Shown piece by piece: positions 36,100 through 42,314 of a stretch of 42,314 nt of DNA. Every line of letters starts with the position of its first letter. The first letter of the stretch is position 1. The stretch is taken from the NCBI GenBank assembly GCA_047971765.1, contig JBKDZY010000802.1, positions 1-42,314 on the forward strand, given 5' to 3'. A program made the position numbers and the translations under genes. The stretch comes from Hyphomicrobiaceae bacterium. Its GTDB lineage: Bacteria; Pseudomonadota; Alphaproteobacteria; Rhizobiales; Hyphomicrobiaceae. The notes under the pieces were generated by a model. It searched no databases, was not told the origin of the DNA, and saw only the letters and a program-made list of their open reading frames with translations.

Positions 36100-37251
36100 A
36101 TGCTGGACTATGAAACTCTGAAAGTCATCTGGTGGGTCTTGATCGGCGTCCTCCTGATCGGCTTCGCCATTGCCGACGGCATGGACATGGGCGTCGGCAT
36201 GCTTCTCCCGTTCCTGGGCAAGACCGACACCGAGCGGCGTGTCATCATCAACGCAGTGGCGCCCCACTGGGATGGCAACCAGGTCTGGTTCGTCACCGCG
36301 GGCGGTGCCATCTTCGCTGCGTGGCCATCGGTCTACGGCGCGGCGTTCTCGGGCTTCTATCTTGCCATGCTGCTTGTCCTGACGGCGCTGTTCCTCAGGC
36401 CTGTCGGTTTCGACTACCGATCGAAGCTGGAAAATCCGCGCTGGCGAAACAGCTGGGACTGGGGGCTATTCGTCGGCGGCACCGTTCCGGCCCTGGTCTT
36501 TGGTGTTGCCTTCGGCAACCTCCTGCAGGGCGTGCCCTTCCATTTCGACAGCTTTCTCGTCCCGCACTACGAGGTCTCGTTCATCCTTGGTCTGCTCGGG
36601 CTGCTCAATCCCTACGGCCTGCTGGCCGGTCTCATCAGTGTCGCAATGCTGGCCGCCCATGGTGCCATCTGGCTGCAACTGCGCACCGACGATGTCGTCG
36701 CCGAGCGCGCCAAGGGCGCCCTCACGATCCTGGCGCCCGCCGTCACGGTGCTTTTCGCGCTCGCCGGCGTTTGGCTCTATTTCACGGGCATTGGCTATCA
36801 CATCTCGTCGGGGATGCCGCATGACGCCATGCCCAATCCATTGACCAAGACGGTGATCAAGTCGGCTGGCGCCTGGTTCGACGTCTACAGCCGATCGCCG
36901 GCCACGATGCTCATCCCGCTGGTTGGCCTGCTGGCACCGCTCGTCGCCCTGGCATTCGCGAAAGGCAATCGCCCCGGCTGGGCCTTCATCTTCTCCAGCC
37001 TGGCCATGGCGGGGATCATCTCGACGGCCGGTGTCTCGATGTTCCCGTTCATCATGCCGTCGAGCACCAATCCCAATTCCAGCCTGACGGTCTGGGATGC
37101 CTCGTCCAGCCACCTGACGCTGACCGTGATGTTCTTCGTGGCTGTCGTCTTCGTGCCGATCGTGCTCGCCTACACGATCTGGGCCTACTCGGCCATGTGG
37201 GGGAAAATCACCGTCAAGGGCATCGAGGAACGCTCCCACGAGGTCTACTGA
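36100..37251 (+). CDS. cydB: Cytochrome bd ubiquinol oxidase subunit II
   Basis: MLDYETLKVIWWVLIGVLLIGFAIADGMDMGVGMLLPFLGK is the canonical CydB N-terminus. 383 aa, multi-TM. Confidence 0.92.
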   Translation: MLDYETLKVIWWVLIGVLLIGFAIADGMDMGVGMLLPFLGKTDTERRVIINAVAPHWDGNQVWFVTAGGAIFAAWPSVYGAAFSGFYLAMLLVLTALFLRPVGFDYRSKLENPRWRNSWDWGLFVGGTVPALVFGVAFGNLLQGVPFHFDSFLVPHYEVSFILGLLGLLNPYGLLAGLISVAMLAAHGAIWLQLRTDDVVAERAKGALTILAPAVTVLFALAGVWLYFTGIGYHISSGMPHDAMPNPLTKTVIKSAGAWFDVYSRSPATMLIPLVGLLAPLVALAFAKGNRPGWAFIFSSLAMAGIISTAGVSMFPFIMPSSTNPNSSLTVWDASSSHLTLTVMFFVAVVFVPIVLAYTIWAYSAMWGKITVKGIEERSHEVY

Positions 37252-37293
37252 GCGGACCCGAAGCGCGACGAACCAGATCAATGGAGATCTTCC

Positions 37294-37464
37294 ATGTGGT
37301 ATTTTTCTTGGATCCTCGGCGTCACGGCGGCGCTGGCCTTCGGCGTCATCAATGTGATGTGGTACGAATTCCAGAATGCCTTCGAAGTCGACGGCGAAAG
37401 TCATGAGGGTGGCAGCGAGACGGCTCATGCCCGCGCGCACACCTCGTCCGGCGGCACGCGATGA
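37294..37464 (+). CDS. cydX: Cytochrome bd oxidase small subunit CydX/CbdX-like (56 aa, not in the ORF track)
   Basis: MWYFSWILGVTAALAFGVINVMWYEFQNAFEVDGESHEGGSETAHARAHTSSGGTR. The MWYF.WILG...A...V.N..WYE pattern is the CydX signature. GGAGA SD 8 nt upstream. Its TGA overlaps the cydD ATG (ATGA at 37461-37464). Confidence 0.8.
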   Translation: MWYFSWILGVTAALAFGVINVMWYEFQNAFEVDGESHEGGSETAHARAHTSSGGTR

Positions 37465-39245
37465 CGGCAAAGGCCGGCGTCGACAAGCGGACGATTGCGC
37501 AATTCCTCAACGCGCTGCGTCCCTCTGCCGCCCGCCCGCTTCGCCTTTCGGTCACCGCCGCGATCGCCAACGGCCTGCTTGTGATCCTGCAGGCCTATAT
37601 CCTTGCAGGGCTCATCGTCCGGCTGGTTATCGACCATCAACCGCTTGATGCGGCGGGACCGTCGATTGCCGCGTTTGTCGCCATCGTGCTTGCGCGCACC
37701 CTGCTCTCCTGGTGTGCGGAGGCGCTGGCGATCGGGGCAGCCGCGAATGTCCAGAACCGGTTGCGCGCCGATCTTGTCGCGCATCTGCGCCGGCTGGGGC
37801 CCGTCGGTCTTGGCGGCCAGCCGACAGGAGAAACGGTTTCTGCGATCAGCGATGGGCTCAGGGCGATCGAACCCTACTTTGCGCGCTATCTGCCTGCCTC
37901 CTGGCTTGCCGCCCTGTTGCCACTCGCGGTGCTGGCAGCTGTTGCACCGTTCGACTGGCTCTCGGCACTGGTCTTCATCGTCACGGCGCCGTTGATTCCG
38001 CTTTTCATGATGCTGATCGGCTCGGGGGCCGAGACGCTCAACCAGCGCCAATGGCGCACGCTGACGCGCCTGTCAGGCCGCCTCCTGGATACGATCCAGG
38101 GGCTCACGACACTCAAACTGTTCAATGCGACGGGGCGCGAGTTCGAGCTGGTGGAGACCATCGCCGAACGTTATCGCATCGAGACCATGTCGATCCTGCG
38201 GGTCGCCTTCCTGTCGTCCCTGGCGCTCGAATTCTTCGCCACCGTTTCGATCGCCATCGTCGCCGTACTCGTCGGCTTCCGCCTGCTGTGGGGAGAGATC
38301 CCCCTCTTCAACGGCCTTTTCGTTCTCCTGCTGGCGCCCGAGTTCTACCTGCCGATGCGCACGCTCGGGAGCGCCTATCACGCGCGCATGGAAGCCATCG
38401 GCGCGGCTGAACGCATGGTCGCCCTGCTCGCGATGGCGCCCCCCGGGGCGCCGCCACAAACATCTCCCCTGTCCACCGCGGCGCCACTGCCGGATGTGCC
38501 CCGGAGCATCCGGCTGCACGCCGTGTCGGTTGCTTTCGACGATGGCCGCGTCGCGGTTCGCGATCTCGACCTGGAGATCGCCCGTGGAGAGCGGATCGCA
38601 CTTGTCGGGCCCAGCGGCGGCGGGAAGAGCACGATTGTGGCCCTGCTCATGGGCTTCCTGTGGCCAACGAAAGGGCATGTTCTCCTGGACGGCACATCCA
38701 TGGACACCATCGACCTTGCCGCGTGGCGCCGCCATATCACGTTCGTGCCGCAGCACCCGCATCTCTTCGAGGGCAGCATTCGCGAAAACATCGCCATGAG
38801 TTTCGATGGCGCCGCGATCGACGAGGCTGCGATTGCCGCAGCCGCACATGAGGCCTGTCTGGGCGAGGTCATTGCGGCATTGCCGGACGGCTATGACACC
38901 ATTGTCGGCGAGCGTGGATATGGCCTGTCCGGCGGAGAGGTCCAGCGGCTGGCGCTCGCCCGGGCGTTCTATCGCAAGGCGCCGATTGTCATCGTCGACG
39001 AGCCAACCGCGCACCTCGACGCCGAGACGGAAGGCATCGTTGCCGAGGCCGTGCAGCGCCTCGCGGAGGGGCGGACCTTGATTCTCGTCGCGCATCGCCG
39101 GGCCCTTTTGCCATCCATGGATCGCGTCATCGTCGTGGCTGGCGGACGGGTCGTTCGGTCCGGTTCGGCCGCAGAGATCATGGCGAGCGACAGCGCATTT
39201 GACGTCGAGCCCGCGGGTACGTCCCCGATTGCAGCGGGAGCCTAG
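37461..39245 (+). CDS. cydD: Thiol reductant (cysteine/glutathione) ABC exporter subunit CydD
   Basis: Six-TM domain plus NBD: Walker A GPSGGGKST, LSGGEVQRLALARA, IVIVDEPTAHLD. Position next to cydABX. Confidence 0.88.
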   Translation: MTAKAGVDKRTIAQFLNALRPSAARPLRLSVTAAIANGLLVILQAYILAGLIVRLVIDHQPLDAAGPSIAAFVAIVLARTLLSWCAEALAIGAAANVQNRLRADLVAHLRRLGPVGLGGQPTGETVSAISDGLRAIEPYFARYLPASWLAALLPLAVLAAVAPFDWLSALVFIVTAPLIPLFMMLIGSGAETLNQRQWRTLTRLSGRLLDTIQGLTTLKLFNATGREFELVETIAERYRIETMSILRVAFLSSLALEFFATVSIAIVAVLVGFRLLWGEIPLFNGLFVLLLAPEFYLPMRTLGSAYHARMEAIGAAERMVALLAMAPPGAPPQTSPLSTAAPLPDVPRSIRLHAVSVAFDDGRVAVRDLDLEIARGERIALVGPSGGGKSTIVALLMGFLWPTKGHVLLDGTSMDTIDLAAWRRHITFVPQHPHLFEGSIRENIAMSFDGAAIDEAAIAAAAHEACLGEVIAALPDGYDTIVGERGYGLSGGEVQRLALARAFYRKAPIVIVDEPTAHLDAETEGIVAEAVQRLAEGRTLILVAHRRALLPSMDRVIVVAGGRVVRSGSAAEIMASDSAFDVEPAGTSPIAAGA

Positions 39246-39252
39246 CGTCGCG

Positions 39253-41001
39253 ATGCGGGAGATCATCCGACTTCTTGGCATGTTTCGTCCCTACTGGGGA
39301 TGGATGTTCGTGGCTGCGGCTCTTGCGCTCGCAACGGTTCTTGCCAATGTCGCGCTTCTCGCCGTCTCCGGTTGGTTCATTGCAGCCATGGGGATCGCGG
39401 GCCTTGCCGGGGCGACAATGAACTATTTCACGCCGGCTGCGATCATCCGTGCGCTCGCCATCACACGTACCGCCGGACGATATGGCGAACGCATCGTCGG
39501 GCACGAGGCGACGCTGCGGCTGGTGACCGGCCTGCGCTTGTGGCTGCTGCGCCGGCTGGAACCCCTGGCGCCTGCGGGTCTTGGCGGTACGCGCTCTGCC
39601 GAGGTGATGTCACGACTGCGCGGTGACGTGGAACGGCTGGAGCAGATCTTCCTTCGCATCCTGCTGCCGGTGACCGTGGGCCTGCTCGGCACGTTGGCGT
39701 GTCTCGCTGTTCTGGTCTGGCTGCATCCCTGGGTGGGGCTCGCGGTATCACTTCTCGCGATCGCTGCCGGCATTGGCGTTCCAGTGCTGATCATGCGGGC
39801 TGCCGAGCCGACCGGACGGCAGCTTGCCCAATCCGGCTCCGCCCTCAACAGCGCACTGGCCGACGGCATTTCCGGAATGGCCGAACTCGAGGCCTATGGG
39901 GCAACCGATGCGGTTCTGGCGCGCATCGATGGCAGGTCGCGGGAGGTCATCGACACATCGCAGCGGCTGGCACGCCTTGGGGCCTGCGGGACTGCGACCA
40001 TCCTGCTCGGCGCCAATCTTGGCATTGTGGCCGCGGTGGTTCTTGCCGCACCCGACCTGCGCGGCGGGTTGATCGGCGGGGCCGATTTCGTGCTGCTCGT
40101 CTTTCTGGCCTGGGCGCTGTTCGAGGCAATGGCCGCGCATCCGGCTGCCGCACAAAGCGTGGGGGCGGCACTGGCTTCGGCGCGGCGGGTGTTCTCACTT
40201 GCGGACCAGCCGCCGTCAATCACCGAACCGGCGCATCCGGTTCCTCTCGGTGACGCGCGCGGACTAGCCTTCTCCGGGGTTGGCTTGACCTATCCGGGCG
40301 CCACCAGGGCTGCCCTTGCCGGGGTGGACATCGCGCTTGAGGCGGCAAAGCACGTCGGCATCCTTGGTGCGAGCGGATCCGGGAAATCAACTCTGGTGCA
40401 GCTCGCCACGCGGCTGATCGCCCCATCGGATGGTGTCGTCACGCTTGGCGGCACCGACACGATGCAGCTTGCGGGTTTCGATATTCGGGGGGCCATCGCG
40501 GTCGCGCCGCAGCACGTGCATCTCTTTACCGGAACGATTGCCGACAACCTGCTGCTCGCCAAACCGGATGCGAACCGCGACGAGATCGAGCATGCCTGCC
40601 GCCTGGCACAGATCCACGACTTCATCACCGGAGAGCCCGACGGTTATGACACCTACGTTGGCGCTGCCGGTCTGAAACTCTCCGGTGGGCAGGCGCGACG
40701 GCTCGGCGTTGCGCGGGCCCTGCTCAGGGATGCGTCCATCCTTCTCCTGGACGAGCCGACCGAAGGTCTCGACGATGCGACGGCCACGGCGATGATCACG
40801 GCCATCCAGCGTCATTTCCGCGATCGCAGCGTCATGATCATCGAACACCGGCAAAGTGTCCTGACCGACGTCGACGAACTGGTCGTGCTCGACCGCGGGC
40901 GGGTCACATTCCGAGGCGTTCCATCGCATTTTCGCAGGCCCAGCGACGATACGGTATTGCCTGTGACCCTGCCCCGGCCGGGCACGGCGCATCCTGCCTG
41001 A
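39253..41001 (+). CDS. cydC: Thiol reductant ABC exporter subunit CydC
   Basis: MREIIRLLGMFRPYWGWMFVAAALA... TM domain plus NBD (GASGSGKST, LSGGQARRLGVARA, ILLLDEPTEGLD). ATG 39253 is 8 nt after the cydD stop. Confidence 0.88.
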   Translation: MREIIRLLGMFRPYWGWMFVAAALALATVLANVALLAVSGWFIAAMGIAGLAGATMNYFTPAAIIRALAITRTAGRYGERIVGHEATLRLVTGLRLWLLRRLEPLAPAGLGGTRSAEVMSRLRGDVERLEQIFLRILLPVTVGLLGTLACLAVLVWLHPWVGLAVSLLAIAAGIGVPVLIMRAAEPTGRQLAQSGSALNSALADGISGMAELEAYGATDAVLARIDGRSREVIDTSQRLARLGACGTATILLGANLGIVAAVVLAAPDLRGGLIGGADFVLLVFLAWALFEAMAAHPAAAQSVGAALASARRVFSLADQPPSITEPAHPVPLGDARGLAFSGVGLTYPGATRAALAGVDIALEAAKHVGILGASGSGKSTLVQLATRLIAPSDGVVTLGGTDTMQLAGFDIRGAIAVAPQHVHLFTGTIADNLLLAKPDANRDEIEHACRLAQIHDFITGEPDGYDTYVGAAGLKLSGGQARRLGVARALLRDASILLLDEPTEGLDDATATAMITAIQRHFRDRSVMIIEHRQSVLTDVDELVVLDRGRVTFRGVPSHFRRPSDDTVLPVTLPRPGTAHPA

Positions 41002-41200
41002 CCCGCAGTCGCGGCCAGAGCGGTTCCACCCAAACCTGAAACGGCATATCGGGAAAACTCATGCCCCATGACAGGAGGCGTTTCCAACCGATTGCGCTTG
41101 CCGGACGCTGCTCCAGCGCCCTATGACGATGGCCACGGCGGGCTGCGACGTCATATTCATGCGTGCGCCAATAGCCGTTCAGACGTTACTGGGGGAAATC

Positions 41201-41677
41201 ATGAGAACAGCGGCAGTCATCGCAGGCCTGGTCCTTGCCACGGCAGGCCCGGCCTGGGCGCAGAAGGCGGGGCCCCTGTCAGGAGAGGGATTGAAACCTG
41301 TGTTCGTGCCCGGTCTCTACGAGACCGAGAGCCGCAACAGCCGATGGAAGGATCAGGGTTTCAAAAGCAAAGTCTGCGTCAGATCCGCCGACTACGATGC
41401 CTTCCGCAAAGAGACGATCGATCAGTATCTCAAATCGCCACAATTCATGAAGACGTGTCGCCTCAGCGACACCCACGACCTCCCGGACGGCTTCGCATTT
41501 GCCATGGACTGCGGGGAAGCGCGGCATATCCTGTCCTTTCATTTCGGCAAGGACATGGTGACCTCGAAGAATCGCACGGCAATCGTCAAGCGGCCCGAAT
41601 ACTCATCCGACATTCTCACGATCATGCGCCGCATTGGCGCGTGCAAGGGCGACGCCTCCCCCGGCCAAAAGCCGTGA
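41201..41677 (+). CDS. Small secreted protein, DUF3617-like
   Basis: Signal peptide MRTAAVIAGLVLATAGPAWAQ. PGLYETES and spaced Cys residues resemble DUF3617 proteins (recollection only). GGGGGAA SD before ATG 41201. Confidence 0.6.
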   Translation: MRTAAVIAGLVLATAGPAWAQKAGPLSGEGLKPVFVPGLYETESRNSRWKDQGFKSKVCVRSADYDAFRKETIDQYLKSPQFMKTCRLSDTHDLPDGFAFAMDCGEARHILSFHFGKDMVTSKNRTAIVKRPEYSSDILTIMRRIGACKGDASPGQKP

Positions 41678-41916
41678 GGAGCTGAGGCTCCCGCCGGCCG
41701 ACTTCTTGCCGTGATTTCATACCCATTACGGACGATGCAGCCGGAATGTGGGATCAGAAATGCTCTATTGACGTCTTAATATTTTGCTGCCAACTTTAGT
41801 AATCGTTATATTTTTCTTTTTCGCTGCACCTGCTCCCGTACTGCGGGGGACCGAGTGGCAAGACACAAGACATTTGGCGCACCAGTGTTCTGGTGACCGC
41901 ATTAGGAGATTACATT

Positions 41917-42093
41917 ATGCGGTGCCCCTTGCGGGCTCACAACTCCGTTTGCCCGCACACAACCCATAAGGCCGCGGCGGTCATTTCGCGCCATTCCAGG
42001 GTCAACAAGACCACTGAGCCGTGTGGCGTGATCGGAGTGCGACGTCTTTCAATGGTCAACAGCGCAGAGGAGGTCCGCAGGGAGGCCGCCTAG
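41917..42093 (+). CDS. Small hypothetical ORF (58 aa, Cys/His/Arg-rich) with a strong SD
   Basis: AGGAG (41904-41908), 8 nt, then ATG. MRCPLRAHNSVCPHTTHKAAAVISRHSRVNKTTEPCGVIGVRRLSMVNSAEEVRREAA. No family recognised; the composition is only weakly protein-like. Confidence 0.25.
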   Translation: MRCPLRAHNSVCPHTTHKAAAVISRHSRVNKTTEPCGVIGVRRLSMVNSAEEVRREAA

Positions 42094-42190
42094 CGCAGAA
42101 TGCCTCTCGTCAAGTGCACTCTTGCCGGCATGTCCGGCAAATCATGGCGTGCGATCCATATCAAGGATCGCGGGTTAGGAGTTTATGATA

Positions 42191-42314
42191 ATGGCAGAAC
42201 CAATTCTCATTGGAACTATTGATGATCCGAGCTGCGGCGTGAAGATTGAGATCTATGCCGCAGAAGGAGACACCGGTGTCACCCTTACATTGAAGGTAGC
42301 CGAAGGCACTGCTG
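42191..42314 (+). CDS. 5' end of an unknown ORF running off the right edge
   Basis: AGGAG (42177-42181), 9 nt, then ATG 42191 (alternative ATG 42185). MAEPILIGTIDDPSCGVKIEIYAAEGDTGVTLTLKVAEGTA... is open to the window end, with a beta-rich, acidic N-terminus. Confidence 0.45.
   Translation, partial: MAEPILIGTIDDPSCGVKIEIYAAEGDTGVTLTLKVAEGTA

Overview
High-GC, densely coding segment. Composition, Tat signals and gene content suggest an alphaproteobacterial (Rhizobiales-like) accessory region; that placement is inference. I saw no rRNA, tRNA, CRISPR array or intact mobile element. Left to right: a serine-recombinase remnant lacking its N-terminus at the window edge; an MFS transporter; a secreted hypothetical; an orphan family-5 solute-binding protein (SBP); MarC; a ferredoxin-type FAD/NAD reductase; a membrane-anchored SBP-like protein overlapping a PAS hybrid histidine kinase; a TlpA-like thioredoxin translationally coupled to a Tat-exported transglutaminase-like protein; and an AhpD/CMD protein. 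Next is a catabolic block: class-III aminotransferase, family-5 SBP, two tandem HyuB paralogs plus HyuA, and a divergent DppBCDF-like importer. Then a TrmO-like gene overlapping the end of a modABC operon, with a Mop-less ModE-like regulator and a candidate Mo-box; two aldehyde dehydrogenases; and cydA-cydB-cydX-cydD-cydC (cydX is 56 aa, below the ORF-track cutoff). The right edge holds a DUF3617-like secreted protein and an AT-richer stretch with a small SD-led ORF and a partial ORF. The most interesting signal is the HyuA + HyuB + HyuB' module with importer, omega-transaminase and ALDHs, which reads like an uncharacterised lactam/cyclic-amide utilisation island. I do not see a clear defence or otherwise exotic system. 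All product calls rest on motifs I recognise in the translations; no searches were run. Many ORF-track starts are GTG/TTG or upstream extensions, so I trimmed starts to the best SD-supported codon.
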